Of a DNA stretch of 64,000 nt, positions 1-7,784 are shown one piece after another (the first letter of the stretch is position 1; each line of letters opens with the position of its first letter). Made by a program: the position numbers and the translations under genes. The notes beneath the pieces were generated by a model. The model was not told the origin of the DNA. It did no database searches and saw only the letters and a program-made list of their open reading frames with translations. The stretch is from Flavobacteriales bacterium (GTDB lineage Bacteria; Bacteroidota; Bacteroidia; Flavobacteriales; UBA7430), in contig CBFIGX010000006.1 in NCBI GenBank assembly GCA_965662265.1, positions 19,050 through 83,049 on the forward strand, given 5' to 3'.

Positions 1-99
1 TTGAATCTCTAAAGGTATTTGATTGTATAATTGAAGAGCATTAGAGACAATGAAAGCACAAAGGAGATATATGAATATATATATAGACACTATATGAAA

Positions 100-132
100 A
101 AACAAGCGCAGCTATAACAGCTGCGCTTGTTT
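100..132 (-). terminator. Rho-independent terminator downstream of the proteorhodopsin gene
   Basis: Perfect 13-bp inverted repeat aacaagcgcagct (101-113) / agctgcgcttgtt (119-131) with a 5-nt loop. On the minus strand it is followed by a T-run (complement of a97-a102). It starts 7 nt after the stop at 139. Confidence 0.8.
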
Positions 133-138
133 AGAAAT

Positions 139-867
139 TTATTTAGATTCAGAAATTGCAATGTTGTATACAACAAGACCAAATCCAATCTTGTTAATAG
201 CATCTGCAATGTTGTAGAATAAATCAACGTTTTGAGAAGTCCATCCGAACGCTGTGTTCAGCCAACCGCCGTCCATACACATGTAACCAATTGGGTATAT
301 AGCCCAACCTACAAGTACGAACCAAGCTAAGTATCTTACCCCTTTCTTGATAGCTACAGAAGCACTTTTCTCTGCTAACTGTGCTACCTCACCGAACCAG
401 GCAGTATACACCACATAGATGTAACCAAGAGTAGAAATCATACCCCAAGTAACAGAGTGAGAAGTACTACCGCCTTCTGGGTTAAATGCTTCACCAATGT
501 AACCTGCTACAAGCATCCACAACGAAGCAATAATTAGCTTCCATAGTAAACCTCTAGTAGCACCAGCAAGTTTTGTTAATAAATAGAATTCAACACACAT
601 TAATGGAACTGTAAGGATCCAGTCAATATATCTTAGTGCTGTCGGATTTTCTCCAGTTGCTAAATAATAGTCACGCATGTAGTAGTAATGTACTGCAGCA
701 ATACCTGTGATTAATCCTGAGATTAACAATGACATCTGCCATTTTTTGTCTACGGAACTTCTTTCGAAGAAGAAAAATACTGCTGAGGCAAACATTGCCA
801 TGTAGCCTAAGAAAAATGTAAATGCAATTGCATCTGTCTTAGGGATCATTAAAACGTCTAGTAACAT
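139..867 (-). CDS. Proteorhodopsin (light-driven H+ pump, DTE motif, Met at the 105 tuning site)
   Basis: 242 aa, seven hydrophobic helices. RYIDWILTVPLMCVEF gives D/T/E at PR positions 97/101/108 and M at 105. Schiff-base Lys in NIADAINKIGFG. PR-type His in AAVHYYYMRD. GWAIYPIGY helix F motif. Confidence 0.93.
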   Translation of the reverse strand: MLLDVLMIPKTDAIAFTFFLGYMAMFASAVFFFFERSSVDKKWQMSLLISGLITGIAAVHYYYMRDYYLATGENPTALRYIDWILTVPLMCVEFYLLTKLAGATRGLLWKLIIASLWMLVAGYIGEAFNPEGGSTSHSVTWGMISTLGYIYVVYTAWFGEVAQLAEKSASVAIKKGVRYLAWFVLVGWAIYPIGYMCMDGGWLNTAFGWTSQNVDLFYNIADAINKIGFGLVVYNIAISESK

Positions 868-918
868 AATTTAAAGTTTAGTTAGTAATTAAATGGTTTG
901 GTTAATAAAAAGTTGTTG

Positions 919-1425
919 TTATTTCACAAAGAAGTAGCCTCTCATCATGTTGGCATGCCCTGGATAGCTGCAGAAAAATTCGTAGTTATTTTTTTCAGGT
1001 GCTTTAAATTCTAGGATAACAGTTTCTCCAGGTCCAGCCATTGGCGATGCGGCTATAACGTTATCATCTTGTGGAACAAATTCGTATTCAGGGCCTGCTT
1101 CTACAGCTTTTAGTGCCATATCTTTACGAGTTCCATAGTTTACAAAAACAATATTATGAATCATGGCAGGATCAGAGCCTTCGTTAATCAGCTTGATTCT
1201 TACTGAAGCTCCTTCTTTAACTGTGATATTCTTCACAGAAAATGCCATATCCTGCATGGTGTTCCCTGTAGCTCTAATTTCAAATTCCTCCCAAACTTGC
1301 TCAGCTTGTTTTACTTCAATATTTTCTGTAGGAGTTGAAACCTCATCATTTGATTTTGGACTACCACATGAAATAATTGTAGCAATGCCTATACTTACAC
1401 ATATAATTTTTGATATAAACTGCAT
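919..1425 (-). CDS. Azurin/auracyanin-like type-1 (blue) copper lipoprotein
   Basis: 168 aa. Lipoprotein signal ending IISC. Copper ligands MIHNIVF and FFCSYPGHANMMRGYFFVK (Cys, His at +5, Met at +9, as in azurin FFCTFPGHSALMKG). Confidence 0.85.
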   Translation of the reverse strand: MQFISKIICVSIGIATIISCGSPKSNDEVSTPTENIEVKQAEQVWEEFEIRATGNTMQDMAFSVKNITVKEGASVRIKLINEGSDPAMIHNIVFVNYGTRKDMALKAVEAGPEYEFVPQDDNVIAASPMAGPGETVILEFKAPEKNNYEFFCSYPGHANMMRGYFFVK

Positions 1426-1448
1426 AGTTATTTTATAAAAATTCTAGA

Positions 1449-1456
1449 CAAAACTA
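1449..1456 (-). promoter_or_regulatory. Bacteroidota -7 promoter box TAgtTTTG for the cupredoxin-proteorhodopsin unit
   Basis: Plus strand reads caaaacta, so the minus strand reads TAGTTTTG (TAnnTTTG). It lies 24 nt upstream of the ATG at 1425. Confidence 0.5.
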
Positions 1457-1564
1457 TATCAAAAATTATTAACTAGCAATAAATAATTGTAATAAAATGA
1501 ATAATTTGGTTAGGTGTATAGCTCTTTTAAGTGGTTAGTTATCAATGTTTATAATTGTAGTTTG

Positions 1565-1595
1565 TAGGGTTTTAATATGTGTAAAACCCTATTTT
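1565..1595 (+). other. Orphan hairpin followed by TTTT in a non-coding gap
   Basis: tagggtttta (1565-1574) / taaaacccta (1582-1591), 7-nt loop, then tttt. No upstream plus-strand gene for it to terminate. Confidence 0.3.
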
Positions 1596-1661
1596 AAAGG
1601 GCCTACAGAATACACGTAAAAATTACACTTAATAGAGGCGTAATGACTAATAAATAATAGA

Positions 1662-1687
1662 AAAAAGTGATTTTAAATTCACTTTTT
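1662..1687. other. Orphan AT-rich terminator-like hairpin
   Basis: aaaaagtga (1662-1670) / tcacttttt (1679-1687), 8-nt loop, with A-run and T-run flanks on both strands. Only 2 G:C pairs, so it could be chance. Confidence 0.25.
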
Positions 1688-1947
1688 AAACTCAATCCGT
1701 GGGTGTAAATGAGTGAATTTATCTAATTTTAGTCAAATATTTCTCCCAAAAAGTGCTTAAAATGTCCTAATAAAACTATTCAGTTACTAAGAGTATTTTA
1801 TAAAATTTGATGGTTTTTTGTGAAGTGTTAACTCATCAAAATATACTTCAACTAAGTTTAAATACCCAGAAACATCTGTTTAGACGCTCAATTCATCATA
1901 ACCGAAGTTTCCAGTCAGCAATTATTACTAATTTTTTTTTATTTACT

Positions 1948-1955
1948 TACTTTTG
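1948..1955 (+). promoter_or_regulatory. -7 promoter box TActTTTG for the GT9 gene
   Basis: Exact TAnnTTTG match just upstream of the conserved N-terminus of the GT9 ORF. A minus-strand TAatTTTG lies directly adjacent (caaaatta, 1958-1965). Confidence 0.45.
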
Positions 1956-1971
1956 ACCAAAATTAAATATC

Positions 1972-2931
1972 CTGAAAAAATTTTTAGTCATAAGGTTCAG
2001 TTCAATAGGTGATATCGTTTTAACCACACCAGTAATTCGTTGTTTAAAAAAACAGCTTGGCGTGGAATTGCATTATCTCACTAAAAATTCTTTTGCTGGG
2101 CTTCTTGATAACAATCCATATGTTGACAAGGTTCACACGATTGACCATGAGATAGATTCTAATTTGCTAGAAATTTTGAGAGCCGAGAACTATGACTTAA
2201 TTGTAGACTTGCACAACAATCTTCGAACATTTAGGTTGAAAAGAGCTTTGCAAGTAAAGTCTAAATCATTTTCAAAGCTCAATATTCAGAAGTGGTTGTT
2301 GGTAAACTTTAAGTGGAATAGGATGCCGTCTATACATATTGTTGATCGGTATATGCAAACCGTTGAAACTTTAGGTGTAGTAAATGATGGCGCAGGCCTG
2401 GATTATTTTATTCCAACACATTTAGAGGTAGCATTGTCTCGTTTACCATCTCTCCAATCTAATGGATATGTAGCTATTGTTATTGGCGGTCAACACGCCA
2501 CAAAAATGATGACTATTCCTAAGTTAATAGAGCTATGTATGGCGCTCAATGAACCTATTGTTCTTTTAGGAGGACCAGAAGACGAATTGCGTGGTCAACA
2601 CATTCAACAGGCAATCGGAGAGAAGGTATATAACGCTTGTGGGAAGTTTAAGCTCCATGAATCTGCTAGTCTAGTCAAGCAAGCTTCGTGGGTAATTAGT
2701 CATGATACAGGTCTCATGCACATAGCTGCAGCTTTTAAAAAGAAAATTATTTCTGTTTGGGGAAACACAGTTCCTGAGCTTGGGATGTTTCCTTATCTAT
2801 CACATCCAGATTCAGCAATAGTCGAATCCAAAGACTTGTCTTGCAGACCTTGCTCTAAGATAGGATATTCAAAATGTCCTAAAGGTCATTTTAAATGTAT
2901 GGATCACTCTACAGCTGATATTATTCGTTAA
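1972..2931 (+). CDS. Glycosyltransferase family 9 (LPS heptosyltransferase-like); start codon unresolved
   Basis: The track ORF starts at GTG 2062, but the in-frame upstream sequence KKFLVIRFSSIGDIVLTTPVIRCLKKQLG is the typical GT9 N-terminus. An in-frame TGA sits at 1954. Only CTG 1972 or ATC 1969 are available as starts. Confidence 0.75.
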   Translation: MKKFLVIRFSSIGDIVLTTPVIRCLKKQLGVELHYLTKNSFAGLLDNNPYVDKVHTIDHEIDSNLLEILRAENYDLIVDLHNNLRTFRLKRALQVKSKSFSKLNIQKWLLVNFKWNRMPSIHIVDRYMQTVETLGVVNDGAGLDYFIPTHLEVALSRLPSLQSNGYVAIVIGGQHATKMMTIPKLIELCMALNEPIVLLGGPEDELRGQHIQQAIGEKVYNACGKFKLHESASLVKQASWVISHDTGLMHIAAAFKKKIISVWGNTVPELGMFPYLSHPDSAIVESKDLSCRPCSKIGYSKCPKGHFKCMDHSTADIIR

Positions 2932-3019
2932 ATGTATGGATATGGACCTCTCTTGTGATTACAAAAAATAAATATAACTATCAATATGAGTCACGTGTGT
3001 TTTGTGTAAAAAAGGAATA

Positions 3020-3538
3020 TTAATCTGTAAATAAAGCCTTTAGTTCCGTAGCTTCATTGGGATTCATTTTGCCCGATAAAATCAGACTTAATTGTCTTCT
3101 TCTCAAAGCTCCATCATAACGCTTAATCTCTTCTTCAGTTTCTGGAATAATCTCTGGTATTTGAATAGGAGACCCAAGTTGGTCCACAGCAACAAAGGTG
3201 TAAATAGCTTGATTGCAATGAGATTTCTCACCTGAAGAACGGTCTTCCATCCAAACGTCCACAAAGACTTCCATAGAAGAGTTGAAGGCCCTAGAAACTT
3301 TTGCTTCCAAAGTAACTATGCTCCCCATAGGAATTGGGTTGTTAAAAGATACATTGTTTACTGAAGCCGTGACCACAATTCTTTTGCTGTGTCTTTGGGC
3401 AGAAATAGCTGTTGCGATATCCATCCAATGTAATAATCGACCACCCATTAAGTTGTTTAGTGGGTTGGTGTCGTTAGGTAGTACCAATTCTGTAAGCGTT
3501 GTCCTAGATTCTATTGCTGCTTTTGCATTCTTCTTCAT
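3020..3538 (-). CDS. Acyl-CoA thioesterase (hotdog fold, YciA-like)
   Basis: 172 aa. TELVLPNDTNPLNNLMGGRLLHWMDIA motif typical of acyl-CoA thioester hydrolases. Confidence 0.85.
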   Translation of the reverse strand: MKKNAKAAIESRTTLTELVLPNDTNPLNNLMGGRLLHWMDIATAISAQRHSKRIVVTASVNNVSFNNPIPMGSIVTLEAKVSRAFNSSMEVFVDVWMEDRSSGEKSHCNQAIYTFVAVDQLGSPIQIPEIIPETEEEIKRYDGALRRRQLSLILSGKMNPNEATELKALFTD

Positions 3539-3560
3539 CTGCTTCTTCTTTTGTGGACTC

Positions 3561-3568
3561 CAAAGATA
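3561..3568 (-). promoter_or_regulatory. -7 promoter box TAtcTTTG for the thioesterase gene
   Basis: Plus strand caaagata, 23 nt upstream of the ATG at 3538. Confidence 0.45.
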
Positions 3569-3656
3569 TTGATTCGCACCTATTATTCATGCCAGAACTA
3601 GGTTTAAATTAATTATAAGATACAAAGAAGAAATAATGTGGGTAAATTGGGGTCGC

Positions 3657-4646
3657 TTATTGAACCAACAACCATGTAGCTTTGCCTTCAGCCCTTATTA
3701 TATTCATTGCATTAACAGCTTCATCTCTATTGCTGTATGAGTTGAAGGCAACTCTATGTAAACCTTGTACACTTTTACCTATAATAGAAGATTTGTAGCC
3801 CTGATTAAGCAGTTGGTTTACCAATTTATTTGCGTTTTCTGTAGATGAAAAACAGCCAGCTACAAGATGGAAGTTATTGATTTCTATAGTTGCTTTAGGC
3901 TCTACTGCTTTTCTAGATTCAATAATTTTCGGTTCTAAAGCCTCGGATGTGAATTCACTAGAAGTAGATTCTGTAATCTCTTCTTTGGTAGTTTCATAAT
4001 TTGTTCTAGGAACATAAACTGCAGCGGGCTTTTCTTTGAAGGGGTTTAGGTAAGCATAATTTTTATAGACTTCATAGACCCTTTCTTGTTGTAAAGATAC
4101 ATACGTGCTAAGACCAATAAGAGCCAGGATAGAAGCAGCCATTTTCCAATTTATTATTGATTTTTGCTGTTTCATTTGCTTGGCACCTCTACTTAATTGT
4201 TTTTGAATATTTAGAGGCGTTGTTTTACGCAAAATGGCAGGAGACTGAATGGCTTCCAATCCAAAAGAGTCTAAAAGATAATTTGTGTTCAAATCTGGTT
4301 CAAATCGAATTAAACCTTGAGCATCTACAGTAAGCATACCTATCTTTTCAAGGGAAGCTTCTTTTTTATGTTCTAAATCGTTAAGAATGGATTTTACAAA
4401 TTGCTCCATCTTGTTAACAGCCTGAGCAAATGAAATGGATTCACATGATGCGATATAGTTTGCAAGTAGTCCATCGTTGTCCTTAAGCTGTACGTTAAAC
4501 CCAATGCTTTTGCTTGGAGGGCTAAGAGTGTGGCTTACAGGGTGAATTTTCGCAGAACGATAGTTGGTGATAAATCCGCCCAATCCAGGTACAATAACAC
4601 AGTCGTGTCTGTATAAAAGGTCGCTGATGTAAGTTTCCAATTTCAT
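3657..4646 (-). CDS. HU-like N-terminal domain / SPOR domain protein (peptidoglycan-binding, single TM)
   Basis: 329 aa. N-terminus LLYRHDCVIVPGLGGFITNY. Central TM helix WKMAASILALIGLSTYV. C-terminal SPOR-like FHLVAGCFSSTENANKLVNQL...HRVAFNSYSNRDEA. Confidence 0.7.
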   Translation of the reverse strand: MKLETYISDLLYRHDCVIVPGLGGFITNYRSAKIHPVSHTLSPPSKSIGFNVQLKDNDGLLANYIASCESISFAQAVNKMEQFVKSILNDLEHKKEASLEKIGMLTVDAQGLIRFEPDLNTNYLLDSFGLEAIQSPAILRKTTPLNIQKQLSRGAKQMKQQKSIINWKMAASILALIGLSTYVSLQQERVYEVYKNYAYLNPFKEKPAAVYVPRTNYETTKEEITESTSSEFTSEALEPKIIESRKAVEPKATIEINNFHLVAGCFSSTENANKLVNQLLNQGYKSSIIGKSVQGLHRVAFNSYSNRDEAVNAMNIIRAEGKATWLLVQ

Positions 4647-4673
4647 AATGCTAAAGTATAAAAAAGCTCACTT

Positions 4674-5417
4674 CTATGAAAAAAATCTTTCCTCGATTCT
4701 TTTTAAGTCTTCTGGAAGATCCACTGCTATGCATTCAGAGTCTATTTCGGCTGTGTAAATAGTGTAGCCATTCTCTAGCCATCGGAGTTGTTCTAGGCGT
4801 TCTTTTTGCTCTAGTGGTGAAGGCTGTAAGGTAGTAATATTTTCGAGCGCATATTTTTTAAAGGCGTATAATCCTATGTGCTGAAAATAATCATTCTTCC
4901 TGTGCCACTTTTCTTTTGCAATGCCTCGAAGGTGAGGAATAGCTTCTCTTGAAAAATAAAGGGCCTGATCGTTTGTTCCCAACACTACTTTAGGAATATT
5001 AGAATTAAATAAGGTTTCGCTATCCTTGATCTTTTTTATTAGAGTAGCAATTTGTTTGTTTACGCTCGAGAGGCAATGGCATAGTTTGTCAATGTCTTCG
5101 GGATTGATAAAAGGCTCATCGCCTTGAACATTTACGATGATGTCATTATGATCTAGTTGCATGCTCTGTGCGGCTTCTGCAATTCGATCAGTGCCACTTT
5201 TATGGCTTGTAGAAGTCATTACAACTTCGCCTCCAAACTCCTTCACATGCTGGAAGATTCGCTCATCATCTGTAGCAACCAATACCTTGTCTAATTTAGA
5301 TTTTTGACATTGCTCATAAACTCGTTGTACCATACTTTTTCCGTGTATGTTTACTAGTGGTTTGCCCGGAAATCTAGTAGAGGCAAATCGTGCGGGAATG
5401 ATTCCTATATGCTTCAT
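4674..5417 (-). CDS. kdsB: 3-deoxy-manno-octulosonate cytidylyltransferase (CMP-KDO synthetase)
   Basis: 247 aa. MKHIGIIPARFASTRFPGKPL and NVQGDEPFI motifs. Its ATG shares one base with the stop of the upstream receptor gene (TAATG). Confidence 0.93.
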   Translation of the reverse strand: MKHIGIIPARFASTRFPGKPLVNIHGKSMVQRVYEQCQKSKLDKVLVATDDERIFQHVKEFGGEVVMTSTSHKSGTDRIAEAAQSMQLDHNDIIVNVQGDEPFINPEDIDKLCHCLSSVNKQIATLIKKIKDSETLFNSNIPKVVLGTNDQALYFSREAIPHLRGIAKEKWHRKNDYFQHIGLYAFKKYALENITTLQPSPLEQKERLEQLRWLENGYTIYTAEIDSECIAVDLPEDLKRIEERFFS

Positions 5418-7777
5418 TAAAAAGAATGTTTGTAGAGTAATGAGTAGGTTCTTGGTGCTCCTAAAGAGGCCGGTCTTTGCAACTGCTCTACATTAAAAAT
5501 ATTGTCAATATTTACTGCAATTTGACTGTCTGCTGTAATGTTATACCCAAACCGCATATCGGTAATTGTTGTTGGTTTGTTGAGCCTATTCCAAGCTTGT
5601 TCAGTACCTAATAAAAGATCAAAGATTCCGGCATTAAAAACAGCGTCGATATTTTTTATGGCACTTTGGTAATTTATGCCAATCCCTATAGAAGATCTCT
5701 TGAAGCCAACGGTTGCATCAAACTTAGCCATTCTTTCGTATCGGTATTTTAAACTTCCGTTTGTATTAAGGCTGGTATTTAGATAGTTTAATTCATTACC
5801 TTCATTGTCTAGGGCATATACAAAAGTATTATCTTTAATATAGGGTTTTGTGTATGTAAAAGAGCCCATCATGTGAAGTGTAATAGCTCCTAATCTTCCT
5901 TCGCATGCCATAGAAAGTTCTAGCCCTTCTATCACTGTTTGGCCAATATTGATTGATTTGAACCCAATACCTCCAAAAAAACCTTCAGGAGGCCCCCATA
6001 AACCAAAACTGAACTCCATCATATCCTCATAATTCATTTTAAAAGCAGCCAAGTCGATAATACCTTTGAAAGCACCTATTTGGAAGCCTTGTTTTAACCC
6101 AATTTCTGCACTCCAACCGCTTTCTGGTGTTAAATCTGAGTTTGGGTAAATGTACATTGGTCCTGTGTTGTACGTTATAAAACGCTCTAACATGGAAGGA
6201 AATCGTATTCCTTCGCCATAAGACGATCTAAGCCAGGTGGCACGCCCTAATTGATAGTTAACACCTGTTCTTAAGATAGGTTTTGTAATAGTTTTGACGC
6301 CGTTGTAATAATGCTCATAACGTCCACCAATAGATAGATTTAGTTTGTGGTGTTTTAAGTCTAACTGACTGTATATAGATACGTTATTTTCTTTATGAAC
6401 ACCATAGATGTCTGCATCTTGACCTAAACAAAACTTGTTGGTAAGCCCTGAAGTAATGGTTAACGCTTCATGATACAATTTTTGGTATTGATAGTCTATG
6501 TAAAACATTTTAGAAAAGCGTCTTTGCTTGTCCTCATAGTAATTGCTTGTATCTGCATATGCTTCATTATTTTCAGTAGCTTCTACTTGCTCTATATTTA
6601 ATGAATCACCATATCTTGGGTAAATTTCTATGTGTAAGTACCTAGTGTTTAAAGAATGCTTGCTATTTTTTTCTTCATTTATATAGCTTATGTATGGGTC
6701 TATGCTCAGGTAGGCTTGGTCTTTAAATCCTGGATCATTGTCTAAAGGATTGTAAGCCAACGAATCGTGATCCCAGATAATAGCATCACCAATTTCACTG
6801 CGCATCAAATTGGCCTTCACACCATACTTTAGCCCTCGGGTAGTTTCAGAATATTTTGTGTAACCAAAATTTATTCTTGCTCTTTTGCTCGTTACTTTAT
6901 ATTGATAACCACCATCATACATAAGGTTTGCCCCAAGAATAAAGTCTTGGTTGTTTTTCTTTTGGGAATGGAATAAGGAGAGGTTATTGGCAGAGTAATA
7001 CCCGTTTTTATACCAATGCAAGCTTTTACGTTTTGGGGCACCATAGTAACTGTGGGTAAAGCTAATTTTGTTTAGAGGCTCGCTTGATGGATAAGAGGTT
7101 CTAATATTTATGGTTCCATTAAGAGCCGAAGAACCGAACAAAACTGATGAGGCACCTTTAATGATTTCTACTTGTGCTATGTTTTCCATTGGGATGAGTT
7201 GCCATTCGGCTGCACCTTGATCTCCACTCATTATCGGCATACCATCTACCATTACCATTACTCTAGATCCTGCTCCGTAGCTCCAACCACTTCCACTTCT
7301 AATATTTGCTTGCCCGTCTACAATATGAATAGAGGGGGCTTGTTTTAGTGTTTTGTCGATAGAATTGGCGGCTTTATTTTCTATAAAACTCGGTTTAATG
7401 ACATCCATAGAAATGGTAACCTCCTCAATATTTTGCTCATACTTACCTGCAGATACTACTACTGTTGAAAGCAGTTCGCTATCTTCATCAAGCGTAATGG
7501 TTAGTTGTTTTTGTTGGTTTACTTGAAGGCATACTTTTTCACTGTAATTTTTATAACCGATGTATTGAAAGTGAAGTATGTGACAGCCTATGGGAAGGTC
7601 GAGATTGAAATTGCCATCAAAGTCAGTGCTAGAACCCAATAATGTATTCCCTTCAACATAGATGTTTACGCCAACAAGAGTCTGCGCTTGTTCGTCTTTT
7701 ACAGTTCCATTAAGTCTGCATTGTGCAAAACTGTAAAAAGAGTTTAAAAGAAATAGGAGGCTTAAAAATTTATTCAT
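5417..7777 (-). CDS. TonB-dependent receptor with CarboxypepD_reg N-terminal domain
   Basis: 786 aa. Signal peptide, plug motif GSGWSYGAGSRVMVMVDGMP...IKGASSVLFGSSALNG, long beta-barrel, terminal Phe. Confidence 0.88.
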   Translation of the reverse strand: MNKFLSLLFLLNSFYSFAQCRLNGTVKDEQAQTLVGVNIYVEGNTLLGSSTDFDGNFNLDLPIGCHILHFQYIGYKNYSEKVCLQVNQQKQLTITLDEDSELLSTVVVSAGKYEQNIEEVTISMDVIKPSFIENKAANSIDKTLKQAPSIHIVDGQANIRSGSGWSYGAGSRVMVMVDGMPIMSGDQGAAEWQLIPMENIAQVEIIKGASSVLFGSSALNGTINIRTSYPSSEPLNKISFTHSYYGAPKRKSLHWYKNGYYSANNLSLFHSQKKNNQDFILGANLMYDGGYQYKVTSKRARINFGYTKYSETTRGLKYGVKANLMRSEIGDAIIWDHDSLAYNPLDNDPGFKDQAYLSIDPYISYINEEKNSKHSLNTRYLHIEIYPRYGDSLNIEQVEATENNEAYADTSNYYEDKQRRFSKMFYIDYQYQKLYHEALTITSGLTNKFCLGQDADIYGVHKENNVSIYSQLDLKHHKLNLSIGGRYEHYYNGVKTITKPILRTGVNYQLGRATWLRSSYGEGIRFPSMLERFITYNTGPMYIYPNSDLTPESGWSAEIGLKQGFQIGAFKGIIDLAAFKMNYEDMMEFSFGLWGPPEGFFGGIGFKSINIGQTVIEGLELSMACEGRLGAITLHMMGSFTYTKPYIKDNTFVYALDNEGNELNYLNTSLNTNGSLKYRYERMAKFDATVGFKRSSIGIGINYQSAIKNIDAVFNAGIFDLLLGTEQAWNRLNKPTTITDMRFGYNITADSQIAVNIDNIFNVEQLQRPASLGAPRTYSLLYKHSF

Positions 7778-7784
7778 GGCGGGT

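Noticed and set aside
1163-1438. 91-aa plus-strand ORF
   Set aside because: It is antisense to the cupredoxin gene, which has a complete copper-site signature. It has no motif of its own. The same reasoning applies to the other 60-110-aa ORFs in the track that lie inside confidently called genes, such as 36525..36848, 52020..52355, 46443..46778 and 17675..17974.
1810-1956. 48-codon ORF in the non-coding gap, in the same frame as the GT9 gene
   Set aside because: The sequence (MVFCEVLTHQNILQ...) bears no resemblance to GT9 N-termini and ends at the TGA that closes the GT9 frame. It shows no coding-like composition and has no exact promoter box. I also considered it as a remnant of a longer GT9 gene, but the conserved GT9 N-terminus starts only after the stop.
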